This document shows, in pieces, positions 36,509 to 46,185 of a DNA stretch of 51,694 bases; position 1 is the stretch's first letter, and every line of letters starts with the position of its first letter. This DNA is from a virus. Its lineage: Duplodnaviria; Caudoviricetes. A program made the position numbers and the translations under genes. The notes below the pieces were generated by a model. That model worked only from the letters and a program-made list of their open reading frames with translations. It ran no database searches and was not told where the DNA came from. The stretch is taken from positions 1-51,694 of IMG/VR virus record IMGVR_UViG_3300030376_002336, one strand, 5' to 3'.

Positions 36509-38500
36509 TCAGAATAATTTTAACTGGTTAGATGATACTGCAAGTATAGAATTAATCTCTGACTCAATTGCATTCATATAATATATTTTATTTATGTTAT
36601 AGTTTTCCCATTTAGGTTCAACTTCCATTTTATTATATACAGTCTGCAACCAGCGGCCAGATTCTAATTGTATCTCTCTGTTATCATTTTTATTTACCTT
36701 AATGATCTTTACTCCTTCTTTAGAGATATAATATCTATTAATTTTCTGTAGCTCAACTTCACTTAGCTCACCACTCTCTATACTTCTAGCAACCTGCTTC
36801 CAATTACCTTTAGATTTACCACCTATACAGTAATCAAGAATGTTCTTGTTCTGATCTAGATAGTCTTCAGGTAGTATATCATTAACAAAGTATTGATATA
36901 TTGCTTTAGGTATCACTAACTTGGATTTATTCTTATGTAGCTGCAGATCATGAAAGTCAAAACGTCCTTTTAATTTAACAGGAGCAAAGCTAAACTTATC
37001 ATTCTCTACCTTGAATAGGTAATGAGGCTGACTCTTCTTAACTTCTCTAAACTTTGTGATGTCTACATTAATAAATTCATTAACACCAATATAATTATTG
37101 ACATCCGCTAGCACAAGCTTTTGATATGTATCATGTTCTAAATTAAGATTAGTCTTTTCTTCCCACTCTTTACAGATTTGCATATAAGTATCCATATACT
37201 CCCTAGGGATTATAGTTTCTACACCATCTGTATTCTGTAATAGTGCTACAGCACCGGGGATTCTTTCCATTATCTGTTCATACAACATCATCAACGTTAG
37301 CTGACCATTAATTGTAATACGCATACATAACTCAGGATCATAAAAGAAACTCTTTTCATCATTGCTTAGGCCAAAGGTACTGTTAAGTATAATCTTATAA
37401 ACATAGTTCATAGGATTACTCTTTGGTATCTTCTTTCTTTCATCAAAGAACCATTCATATTGATTGCAGAATTCTTCTTTTGGAAAGTGACCTGGAGACC
37501 ACTGGTTCTTTATAGCAAGATTAGGATAAAAACTAGTAACATCTGATGACATTATAACCATATCATCTGTGCTTTCATAAACTCCTTTGCTAGCAGCACC
37601 GTGTACACCACCTAAACCAAAGTGTGTCTTTACACCCTTATAACTAAGGTTGTACTTAAAACTACCCTTAAGATTAGCAGCATTAACTTCAAGTGATTTA
37701 AATCTTTCATGCAGCATCTTAAACTCTGGAGATGTGAAAGATACATAAGGTAATATAATATCCTTTATCTTAATTATATCTCTATAAGTTCTCATACTTC
37801 TAAGATCTCTTTTAGGAATGTTTAATTTCTGCATCAAGTAATAACCAAATAGTTCTTTGCTTATTCTTGGTTCAGATGCACTAAACAAATTTATCCCATA
37901 TGTTTTAGTAAGAGTTTTTCTTAGGCCAATCTGTGACTTAGATCTGTTCATTATCTCTTTAGTAGACTTAACATCATTGATACAATATTCTATAATAGTA
38001 TCTATTTCTTCTTGAGTTTTGATGTTAGTGTCATGATGAATAGGCATATCAAGAATGTTCTGCCAATCCATACTATATTGAATCCACTTGAGACTAGAAC
38101 GTTTAGCAGGATTATCCCAATGATGCAACTTAAATAAATCAATCTGCATTATCTGCATCTTCCACGGTGCATACTCTGCAAACTGTTTATTGTTTGATGC
38201 TTCAATAGTTTTCTGTGCATACTGGTAAATGATTTCTGCAACTTCACAGCCTCCTAGGTCTGACCACATAAAGTGATTATCTAATATATAGTGAGTGACT
38301 TGTGAATCAAAAGCTAATCCATTATAGGATATATGCCACTCTTTGTTTTGTATGTTATCTTCTAGGAACTGTACAAGCTTCTCTAAATCATTTTGTAAAT
38401 CATGTATAACAAAAACTTTGTCTTCTTGACTTTTGTAATGTTCAAACACGCCTACAAAACAATTAGATAAGGTCTCATAATCCATTACCCAATGCCTCAT
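36509..38500 (-). CDS. polB: Family B DNA polymerase
   Basis: Exonuclease motifs DYET, YNGLAFD, YCIND; polymerase motifs DVTSFYP, KIILNSTFG, NTDG. Confidence 0.95.
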   Translation of the reverse strand: MRHWVMDYETLSNCFVGVFEHYKSQEDKVFVIHDLQNDLEKLVQFLEDNIQNKEWHISYNGLAFDSQVTHYILDNHFMWSDLGGCEVAEIIYQYAQKTIEASNNKQFAEYAPWKMQIMQIDLFKLHHWDNPAKRSSLKWIQYSMDWQNILDMPIHHDTNIKTQEEIDTIIEYCINDVKSTKEIMNRSKSQIGLRKTLTKTYGINLFSASEPRISKELFGYYLMQKLNIPKRDLRSMRTYRDIIKIKDIILPYVSFTSPEFKMLHERFKSLEVNAANLKGSFKYNLSYKGVKTHFGLGGVHGAASKGVYESTDDMVIMSSDVTSFYPNLAIKNQWSPGHFPKEEFCNQYEWFFDERKKIPKSNPMNYVYKIILNSTFGLSNDEKSFFYDPELCMRITINGQLTLMMLYEQIMERIPGAVALLQNTDGVETIIPREYMDTYMQICKEWEEKTNLNLEHDTYQKLVLADVNNYIGVNEFINVDITKFREVKKSQPHYLFKVENDKFSFAPVKLKGRFDFHDLQLHKNKSKLVIPKAIYQYFVNDILPEDYLDQNKNILDYCIGGKSKGNWKQVARSIESGELSEVELQKINRYYISKEGVKIIKVNKNDNREIQLESGRWLQTVYNKMEVEPKWENYNINKIYYMNAIESEINSILAVSSNQLKLF

Positions 38501-38631
38501 TTCTTATTGTTTTTTAAATATGTATATAAAGTTCTACTTGTGATACCTAGGGCCTTAGCAGCCTCCTCTATTGTCTTGAATCTTTTTAAAGCAATATTAA
38601 TATGCTTTTCTCTCATTTCTTTTATTGTCAT
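38497..38631 (-). CDS. Stand-alone Fis-type helix-turn-helix protein, 44 aa (not in ORF track)
   Basis: MTIKEMREKHINIALKRFKTIEEAAKALGITSRTLYTYLKNNKK; ATGA overlap with polB. Confidence 0.8.
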   Translation of the reverse strand: MTIKEMREKHINIALKRFKTIEEAAKALGITSRTLYTYLKNNKK

Positions 38632-38649
38632 ATATTTTTTATTAGAGCC

Positions 38650-38682
38650 AAAAAAAGCCTAAATCAATAGGCTTTTCTTTTT
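38650..38682. terminator. Bidirectional-looking intrinsic terminator
   Basis: AAAAGCCTA-aatcaa-TAGGCTTTT with A and T runs on the two sides. Confidence 0.65.
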
Positions 38683-38744
38683 AAATCAGCAAGTAAACAT
38701 TTAATATTAAATGGATGTCTCTTACACACCCTTTTAGATTAGAC

Positions 38745-39164
38745 TTACTGACCAGGTAATATAATTTTAGAAGGTTCAGTCTTCTTAAGATCAACAAAGA
38801 ATTCCTCAACATTAAAGTTATCTGCATTAATTGCAAACATATGAATAAATGTTTCTATGTCAGACCTATCACTAAGATAAAACTCAGAGAAAGTGTCAAC
38901 TAATCTTCTTTCTTCTTTAACAGTTTTACCAGTCTGCATATTAGGTTTCTTTAATCTCATTGGTTGCCCTTCATCATCTAACTTAGGGACCATGTGATAA
39001 GATTGTTTCATCACTTTACTGATGACAGCTAAGATGCCTGATGTTGGATCAAACATAGCTTCTACATATGGTGAGTCATTGCTCACAGGAATTAAAGTAA
39101 ATGATTTAGCATTTCTAAAACTAGAATTTACTAACATCATGTTTTGTCCTATTTGGTTTGCCAT
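38745..39164 (-). CDS. Hypothetical protein
   Basis: 139-aa ORF; TACATTTG -7 box at 39184-39191 upstream. Confidence 0.75.
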   Translation of the reverse strand: MANQIGQNMMLVNSSFRNAKSFTLIPVSNDSPYVEAMFDPTSGILAVISKVMKQSYHMVPKLDDEGQPMRLKKPNMQTGKTVKEERRLVDTFSEFYLSDRSDIETFIHMFAINADNFNVEEFFVDLKKTEPSKIILPGQ

Positions 39165-39174
39165 AATTTTTATT

Positions 39175-39756
39175 TTATTTTGTCAAATGTATGGAATCTT
39201 TTTTTAATAATTGATATAATAATGCATTATTATCAACTAAAGTTTCCTTTTTTATATCAGGAGTTGAGCACAACTCACCAATTCCTTCTAGTACTTCTTT
39301 ACTTACTTGAAAGAATTCAGCATACTCTTCAAAGCTTCCATCAGGTGTAAGAAAAGCATGGATATATTCTCCAGCTTTGTCTGTATCACCAAAGAAATCT
39401 GTTATGAGTATTTTGGCATTTAAACTTAACTGAGAATATTTCCCTTTCATGAATCTTTTATGATCAGGTTTATACCCATTAGATAAATCAAATATGTATG
39501 CAACTTTAGTATCTGAAAGTTCTACAAAATCATAGTACATAGGATGTCTATCTAAATGCTTTCCTGCAAACTCTCTGAAACTTTTTGTGTTCTTAGTTTT
39601 ATATTCTAGAATTAACTTACAATCTTCTGGAGCATATACGCCCTCCCAGCAAACATAAGTTTGCATTGGGACGTACTTAGCCTTCCTTCCTATCCCTAAT
39701 AAAGGATATAGGAAAACCTTACTCTTTTGAAAATAGTCAGTATACACCAAACCCAT
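39175..39756 (-). CDS. Hypothetical protein
   Basis: 193-aa ORF in operon context. Confidence 0.75.
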   Translation of the reverse strand: MGLVYTDYFQKSKVFLYPLLGIGRKAKYVPMQTYVCWEGVYAPEDCKLILEYKTKNTKSFREFAGKHLDRHPMYYDFVELSDTKVAYIFDLSNGYKPDHKRFMKGKYSQLSLNAKILITDFFGDTDKAGEYIHAFLTPDGSFEEYAEFFQVSKEVLEGIGELCSTPDIKKETLVDNNALLYQLLKKDSIHLTK

Positions 39757-39757
39757 A

Positions 39758-40750
39758 CTATAAGGTAACTTTATTTACCAAAAAGTCCATAGGAAGTGAG
39801 TAGTTTCTACTATTATAATGAAATTTTGCAGTGTTTATTACACCTTCTAGACCATTTGTCCATGCATTTATACTTTCATTACTTACATTAAACACATATA
39901 CCTGGTTGTATTTATCTATTACAATAAACTTAAACTCTAGGGTATATTCATCAGCTTTATCTCCTAAGAAATCATATACAAGCTTCATATAAATAGCTGC
40001 TTGTAACCAATAATTATAGAAGTCAACAGTTTCTCTAAAGTCAGCAACTGTTTTACCTGTAGTTTTTAAATCACAGATAGTAGCTACTTTCTTATCATTA
40101 TCTATCTTTAAATAATCTACATAACCATGTAAACCAAAATCTACATCTTTAAGTTCTGATTTAAGATATTTCTCACAGTGTATCTCAATAGGATCAAGAT
40201 CAAAGTCAGTAGTCTCATCAGAAAATAATGACATAACCTCTTCATTATTCTTTAAGTAATTAATACTTTCTGTTACTCTTTGATTTGTATCCTGATCTAT
40301 TACATCAACACTAGGATTTTGTAAGAACTTCCAATAAGTTTCAGCTTCTTCTGTTCTTACCTTAGATAGTCTTGAGTCATCAGCTTTAAGAGATTGGTAT
40401 AGGTTTAAATTCTTAAGTGAATCTAAAATTACAAAATCCTCACAGCTGTCTAAGGTTTCAGCATCTGTATGAAGAGACATGTCTTTTAATACCTTTCTTA
40501 TATTATCACTAGGTAACTTACCCGGTACAATATTAAACTTGGTAGTAAATTGTTCTGGCTCAAACATTAAACAATGTAGAGCTTTCCCTTCAATTAAATG
40601 CTTGTCTGTTCTGATCTCACGATCCTTCAGTATATAGTCCTTGTAAAACAAGGATGGTGAAAATAAAAGTTTATTTAAAGAGGAGTAACTAAAGCAGAAA
40701 TCTTTGTCTGCATAGAATTCCTCCTCTTTATCTTTATTGTTTTTTATCAT
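39758..40750 (-). CDS. PD-(D/E)xK exonuclease (RecE/Cas4-like)
   Basis: FSYSSL, GKALHCL, E...HGYVDYL...ICDLKT, YWLQAAIY. Confidence 0.85.
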   Translation of the reverse strand: MIKNNKDKEEEFYADKDFCFSYSSLNKLLFSPSLFYKDYILKDREIRTDKHLIEGKALHCLMFEPEQFTTKFNIVPGKLPSDNIRKVLKDMSLHTDAETLDSCEDFVILDSLKNLNLYQSLKADDSRLSKVRTEEAETYWKFLQNPSVDVIDQDTNQRVTESINYLKNNEEVMSLFSDETTDFDLDPIEIHCEKYLKSELKDVDFGLHGYVDYLKIDNDKKVATICDLKTTGKTVADFRETVDFYNYWLQAAIYMKLVYDFLGDKADEYTLEFKFIVIDKYNQVYVFNVSNESINAWTNGLEGVINTAKFHYNSRNYSLPMDFLVNKVTL

Positions 40751-40871
40751 TCAGTTTATCTAATTTTTGTTGTAGCTTCTGTATCTGTTTTTTCATATCA
40801 CGTGTCTGTGTTTTTGTTTTATAAAACAGTATAGTGTCTATCAACATTTGTCTATCATCTTTTTTACTCAT
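40734..40871 (-). CDS. 45-aa coiled-coil peptide (not in ORF track)
   Basis: MSKKDDRQMLIDTILFYKTKTQTRDMKKQIQKLQQKLDKLNDKKQ; fills the gap and overlaps both neighbours. Confidence 0.6.
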   Translation of the reverse strand: MSKKDDRQMLIDTILFYKTKTQTRDMKKQIQKLQQKLDKLNDKKQ

Positions 40872-42048
40872 TGTTAATGTTATTAGTTAGGTCTTCTCTT
40901 AAGTAGAGGTCCTCTATATTCACATTAAAATAAGCTTGATCATTATCTGTACCTACGCTAGAAGAGAGAATGTTTTTATAGAGTCTTTCTCTTGTGTAAT
41001 CTATAGCAAACTTAGTTAATTTATCAACAGAAATCAAGTTTTTTATATAATTATTATAAGCATAGATGGAGTTATCTGAACCACCATTTTGAAATATAGA
41101 CATCTTGCTTCTTAGAGCTTTAACATTAACTGTATTCCAATTATTGGTATCCTTCAGCCAGTCATAGTACCAGTAATAAATGATACTAACAACATCATAA
41201 GATTTATTTACATTACAATTTGATAATAGTTCTAGAGCTAATGATCTATTATCTCTATCACTACTACTAATCATAGCAATCATATTATCTAACTCACTAT
41301 TATCAATAACAGCTAAGTCTTCATCAATGATATTAGCAACATCAACATCAAATACTAAGTCTGATGAAGTATTAATTATTTTATGATATGTATCAATCTT
41401 ATCTTGTCCTGTAATTACAACTTGTCTACCTCCATCAGTATCCCTATCAGCGTTATCATCAAGAAATTTTTGAATTAATCTAACTGTGTCAGCTTTAGGA
41501 TCAGAGTTATCATAATGATAATAAGCTCTCTCAATCTGTATTCTAGACTCTTGAGGTATACCGTCTAACATATCTCTACAACGGCCTAAGCTATCTGCTG
41601 TTAACATGTCAGCCTTTTTAAGATAGGCAAGGAATTTATAAAACTGTGAGTATGTTAATGAAGCATACCATTGGGTCTCCATTAATTTTCTCATACCATT
41701 TATAGAAATAATTTCAACATCAGCTCTATCTGCTATTCTGGTAACTTTACAGTTAAATTTATCCTTTAATAAATCTACCTTTTGTCTTGGTAAATCTAGA
41801 TTTGGCCATCTATACAACTTTTTATCTTGTATATTTATTTCTTCTGGCATAGGAGGTAAAACAGAACGTATAAGTTTACTGTCTATTTCCCAACCTGAAG
41901 TACGGCCTATATATAAACCATATTCTTGTAGTTGAAATGCATTAGAAAGTAGTTTGTTAGTGGGTTTATTACCACCAACAATACTTTCTGCATTAGTTAC
42001 AGTAGTTTGGTCTTCTATTTTTATATTTAATTTGAAATACTTAATCAT
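40864..42048 (-). CDS. Hypothetical protein, paralog of 42053-43087 (BRCT-like segment plus shared helical motif)
   Basis: KKLYRWPNLDLPRQKV...KVTRIADRADVEII; IDNSELDNMIAMISSSDRDNRSLALELLSN. Confidence 0.7.
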   Translation of the reverse strand: MIKYFKLNIKIEDQTTVTNAESIVGGNKPTNKLLSNAFQLQEYGLYIGRTSGWEIDSKLIRSVLPPMPEEINIQDKKLYRWPNLDLPRQKVDLLKDKFNCKVTRIADRADVEIISINGMRKLMETQWYASLTYSQFYKFLAYLKKADMLTADSLGRCRDMLDGIPQESRIQIERAYYHYDNSDPKADTVRLIQKFLDDNADRDTDGGRQVVITGQDKIDTYHKIINTSSDLVFDVDVANIIDEDLAVIDNSELDNMIAMISSSDRDNRSLALELLSNCNVNKSYDVVSIIYYWYYDWLKDTNNWNTVNVKALRSKMSIFQNGGSDNSIYAYNNYIKNLISVDKLTKFAIDYTRERLYKNILSSSVGTDNDQAYFNVNIEDLYLREDLTNNINNE

Positions 42049-42052
42049 AATT

Positions 42053-43087
42053 TTATTTTAAATATTGTTGATACTCTTTTTTAACAGCTACTCTAAAGGT
42101 ATAAAGATCTCTGTTCTGTATACTGATTTCTGATCTAACTATAGGCTCTAAATATCTAAAGGTTGTCTTACATAATAAATCACGTTCTTCTAACCATTGT
42201 ATCATGTCTTGTGCAGACTTCCTATAAAATGTAGTAAAGTTAGATTCTTTAAGCCAGTACTGTAGATCCTTATCTCTATTGTCAGCATACTCAAGATTAC
42301 TACAGTCTTGTGCTAGCTGCCATAATAAATGATAGTTCTTAGTATAATCTATATTAGGAACAATCTTTATAGCTAAAGCTTTATCATCATTGTAAGAATT
42401 CAATTGAGTTTTAAGATCAGACAGAAGCTGTTCATCTAAAAGTAACTTTGTTGCTGATGCATGTAATACTGTCTCAGTATCAATAACACTTACATCTGTT
42501 GTATCAATAATATGAGCAAGATTTACTGCCATACCTGTTAGCATCCATACATCTAATAGGTTGTCATTCATATCTACATCATAATATCTTACACGTTCTG
42601 TGATCTGAGGTGTTACTATACACTCTACGCCTGAATCACCTATAGCTTTAAGCACACCTATAGAATCACTATCTCCAAGAGTTGTCTCATAGTTCCATAA
42701 TTTATTCATCATTATGGTAGATGGGATCTTCTCAGCATTATTTAATTTATATGTGCTTATATCATCATGACCAATAATTAAATCTGCTAATTCATAGTCA
42801 TTAGTAACAGTTATACCATGCTCCTTAAGAGCTGCTTTCATTCTATCTTGTGATACATTACACTTTGGTAATATGAAAGCTTTCTTTTTGGTTCTAAAAG
42901 TTTGTCCGTCTTCTGTAGGGACAGTTAATATACTGTGTATCTTGTTATATGTGGTTTCATCTTGACTGATTAATACTTTATCAATACCCATAGAGCTAGA
43001 AACCAACCCGTATAAAGGGTCAGTTTCTAGTCCAAAGTATTTCAGTGCATCATTATCAAAGTCTTGATATACTGATTTTGTTGCCAT
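42053..43087 (-). CDS. Hypothetical protein, paralog of 40864-42048
   Basis: KKAFILPKCNVSQDRM...ITVTNDYELADLII; LDEQLLSDLKTQLNSYNDDKALAIKIVPN. Confidence 0.7.
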   Translation of the reverse strand: MATKSVYQDFDNDALKYFGLETDPLYGLVSSSMGIDKVLISQDETTYNKIHSILTVPTEDGQTFRTKKKAFILPKCNVSQDRMKAALKEHGITVTNDYELADLIIGHDDISTYKLNNAEKIPSTIMMNKLWNYETTLGDSDSIGVLKAIGDSGVECIVTPQITERVRYYDVDMNDNLLDVWMLTGMAVNLAHIIDTTDVSVIDTETVLHASATKLLLDEQLLSDLKTQLNSYNDDKALAIKIVPNIDYTKNYHLLWQLAQDCSNLEYADNRDKDLQYWLKESNFTTFYRKSAQDMIQWLEERDLLCKTTFRYLEPIVRSEISIQNRDLYTFRVAVKKEYQQYLK

Positions 43088-43088
43088 T

Positions 43089-44357
43089 TTATTTCATTGT
43101 CATTTTAATGATGTCTGGATTCATCATCATCTTATTAAACTTCTTTTTATTACCGTTAAAGATTGTTCTTACAATTAAATACTTCAGATCATTAGTAAAA
43201 TAATCTTTTGTACATAGTGCAATCAATCTATCTGTTTGCTTTTGTCCAATAGTATTCTCTTTAGAATATACTACAGAGAAGTTACCAAGTCTAGTTGCTA
43301 ACGTTGCAGCAATATCTGCACGGTAATTATCATCTTTACCAATACAAGATCTAAGCTCACCAAGAATATACGCCTCATTATCATGAGTCAATAAGTCTTT
43401 AGGTGTTACCAGCTTATCAAGCTTGTTATTAATAAAGGTTGTAAACATAGAAGCAAATGCATCACCAACACTACCCTCTCCAATCATTTGGATCATAGAT
43501 AGGTTGTCTTCAAAGTTATCAAAGCTAGATATAGCATTGAAGAACGTTGTTATAGATCTTGCATTTGTTTCTTGAGTTACTAACTCTGGATGGAGCAACA
43601 GGAAGTTAATACATCTAGTGTCAATTCCTGCACCCTCAGCCCATTGTGCCCATACATTAACATCAAACTTCAAGTTAGCGGTTACATATCTAGTCTTCTG
43701 TGCTGAATCAACACTGTTAACCATATAATCTCCGTTGTCTGGGTTTGCTGTCAAAATTATGTGCCAGTCTTTTGGTAATGTCCATGAGATGTAAGATTGT
43801 CTATCAATCAATTCCATAACTGCTTGAATGAATCTTGTATCTGCACGGTTCCAGTCATCTAATAATAGTATACCACCTGACTTTGCATCAGCAATCCATT
43901 CTGGTGCACAGTAAGACATTCTGTTCTTACCAGTCATTTTGTAACCATTCTTTAAGTACTCTTGTACTGCTAATTCATCCACCCACATACCAACTTTTTT
44001 AGTAATGCTTGTGTTAAGATTAGCAAGACTTGCACCAGCTGCTCTTTGAGTTGCTGTAACCATACTCACATCTTTATTAGGTACGTTTACTTTCTTTTCC
44101 TTATACATTTGAAACTGACGTACAGGGAAACCAACTAAGTCACCTAACTCTTCTATCTGAGCTAGATTTAGTTTAACAAATTTCAGATTATTATCTTGTG
44201 CAAGCTCTACAATTGTAGAAGTCTTACCAATACCTGATTCACCTACAACTTCTACTGATACAGAATTTTTACCTTCTTCTTGCAGATACCTATTGTTAGT
44301 GATTATGTGATTTACAAATCCTTTTAGTTCCGTTACATTTAAATTTACTTGTGCCAT
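43089..44357 (-). CDS. MoxR-like AAA+ ATPase
   Basis: Walker A GESGIGKT, GDLVGFP, Walker B LLLDDWNRA, sensor I TANP, DSAQKTR. Confidence 0.9.
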   Translation of the reverse strand: MAQVNLNVTELKGFVNHIITNNRYLQEEGKNSVSVEVVGESGIGKTSTIVELAQDNNLKFVKLNLAQIEELGDLVGFPVRQFQMYKEKKVNVPNKDVSMVTATQRAAGASLANLNTSITKKVGMWVDELAVQEYLKNGYKMTGKNRMSYCAPEWIADAKSGGILLLDDWNRADTRFIQAVMELIDRQSYISWTLPKDWHIILTANPDNGDYMVNSVDSAQKTRYVTANLKFDVNVWAQWAEGAGIDTRCINFLLLHPELVTQETNARSITTFFNAISSFDNFEDNLSMIQMIGEGSVGDAFASMFTTFINNKLDKLVTPKDLLTHDNEAYILGELRSCIGKDDNYRADIAATLATRLGNFSVVYSKENTIGQKQTDRLIALCTKDYFTNDLKYLIVRTIFNGNKKKFNKMMMNPDIIKMTMK

Positions 44358-44366
44358 TTTCTTTTA

Positions 44367-45530
44367 TTAATTTAATTTGATTACTTGTCCTGGTAATTCA
44401 TCATTCATATCAGAGATACTACTAAGTACCCATAAGGTATTATTAGGACAGTTCTCTGGAGAATATGCTTCACCATCTGTTAAATATATTAAGGCAGTAT
44501 ATTGCCCTTTCTTTTCATTGAAATGATCTACTACTGGTTGGAAGCTTGTTCCACCACGACCATGTATTTCCCAATCCACTTTAGGATTAAACTCTTTCAC
44601 GCTGTTCAAGCGGGTATCACATTGTGCTACTGTAATCTTATGACCTGTCTTATGCATATGTGTAAGCTCACTAAAGAATTCTGTTAGCTCTTCATTATTT
44701 ACAGATCCACTTGTGTCAACACCAACAAGAATATGATTCTTAAATTTAATCTTGAGTCCTGGATTAGCTGAGTACCTTTTATTGTACTTACGTCTTAGCT
44801 TCTTAGTATATACTACACTAGAGTTACCAACAAATCTTCTTAGATAACCTTTCCAATCAAACTTTGGTGGTTCAATATGCATTAGTCTACGTATAAGATC
44901 TGCTAACTCTCCTGGTATATTACCCTGCTTCTTAACTGTTTGCTCAGCAGATTCTTTTAACTGATGCTCTATTTGTTTTTGCATTAGTTTTTTATCTGCT
45001 TCAGGTAAATCATCAAACTCTTCCCATGTACCATGACAAAAAGGTGAGTTACCATCCATCTGATTCATAAGACTATCTAATGAAGGAGATGTGCCATCCT
45101 GTTTAGCCTGTTGCAAAAGATCATAATATTCTTTTGTACCTGCTTTTTTAGGAAGATTTAATTCAGGAAAACTACTCAATAACAATCCACCTTCAGGCAA
45201 ATTGCTTTCCAGTATGTACTGGTTTATCTCTAAGTCTGCAGCTATATTAAATAACTTTTTATCTGCATAGAGATCTCTCACAATAAGATGTCCAAAAGCA
45301 ATATGTAATAACTCATGCTTTATTAATCCAAATCTATGAGGCTCACTAAGTTCATTAAAGAACTCAGGATTTATAGTCAATTGTATACCAATGTTGTGTT
45401 TACTTACACCTGCAGTAGGCAGTTGCATGCTATACTTCTTATTGATACCAATTAAAAAGAGCCCGTAAAAGGGCTCAGTAAAAATTAAACTTTTGGTTGT
45501 TCTTGCAACCTGTTCTTGTACATTAATCAT
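44367..45530 (-). CDS. Metallopeptidase-VWA fusion (DUF2201-like)
   Basis: HELLH and NIAADLEINQ; MIDAS motif DTSGS, GRGGTSF, LTDG. Confidence 0.9.
   Translation of the reverse strand: MINVQEQVARTTKSLIFTEPFYGLFLIGINKKYSMQLPTAGVSKHNIGIQLTINPEFFNELSEPHRFGLIKHELLHIAFGHLIVRDLYADKKLFNIAADLEINQYILESNLPEGGLLLSSFPELNLPKKAGTKEYYDLLQQAKQDGTSPSLDSLMNQMDGNSPFCHGTWEEFDDLPEADKKLMQKQIEHQLKESAEQTVKKQGNIPGELADLIRRLMHIEPPKFDWKGYLRRFVGNSSVVYTKKLRRKYNKRYSANPGLKIKFKNHILVGVDTSGSVNNEELTEFFSELTHMHKTGHKITVAQCDTRLNSVKEFNPKVDWEIHGRGGTSFQPVVDHFNEKKGQYTALIYLTDGEAYSPENCPNNTLWVLSSISDMNDELPGQVIKLN
45454..45476 (-). terminator. Intragenic terminator-like hairpin near the 5' end of the VWA gene
   Basis: GAGCCC-ttttac-GGGCTC-TTTTT on the minus strand. 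Confidence 0.45.
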
Positions 45531-45810
45531 CCATTAATTTATCTAAGATTTGTTTATATATATCATTAGCTTGTTCTAATGATAGGAATGTATATAGGGT
45601 TTTGCCAGTCTTACTAACAAGATTCATTTGGACAGCTTCAGCAAAATACTTTCTATCTTTAAACAATAACGCCTTTAGCATCAGTTCATTTAAGATATGT
45701 TTATCTTGATATTGGGTATTATATAGCTCTAGTGCCAAATCTTTATCTTCTTCAGATCCACTAAACATTTCTTTTATTCTAAAAAATTCTTCAATTGATA
45801 TTATCTTCAT
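45523..45810 (-). CDS. Small helical protein sharing a motif with the 40864 and 42053 proteins
   Basis: ISIEEFFRIKEMFSGSEEDKDLALELYN. Confidence 0.7.
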   Translation of the reverse strand: MKIISIEEFFRIKEMFSGSEEDKDLALELYNTQYQDKHILNELMLKALLFKDRKYFAEAVQMNLVSKTGKTLYTFLSLEQANDIYKQILDKLMDD

Positions 45811-46183
45811 CTAATATTAGTTCAATCCATACACCGGGGTTCTTTTTATCATAACTATATTCTTTGAAAGCAGGTATTATAAATTCTGCATTGTCATCTT
45901 CTATCCATCCATATTTGACCATATCATCTTGTACAGTTTGTGCAGGATTGATATAATCAAACTTATGTCTGGTGCCTCTAACAAATTCAAAACTTATTCT
46001 AACAGGAAGCTCTAGATCTTTTATTGCATCTTTAAAATCTTCTGTTAGTTCTGTGTATCTATCTTTAGTAGCTTTTCTGTAATTCATTACAGCCTTGCTA
46101 GCAATAAAATATTTACCAGTCCACCTTCTTCCATTCTTACTACTAGGAACATTACCGGGTATAAACCATCTTCTTTTAACCAT
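45791..46183 (-). CDS. RusA-like Holliday junction resolvase
   Basis: IPGNVPSSKN, DYINPAQTVQDDM...WIEDDN, NPGVWIEL. Confidence 0.75.
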   Translation of the reverse strand: MVKRRWFIPGNVPSSKNGRRWTGKYFIASKAVMNYRKATKDRYTELTEDFKDAIKDLELPVRISFEFVRGTRHKFDYINPAQTVQDDMVKYGWIEDDNAEFIIPAFKEYSYDKKNPGVWIELILDEDNIN

Positions 46184-46185
46184 AA

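Noticed and set aside
38711-38735. Weak hairpin GGGTGT/ACATCC on the minus strand after gene 38745-39164
   Set aside because: Short stem without a convincing U-tract; the stronger terminator lies at 38650-38682.
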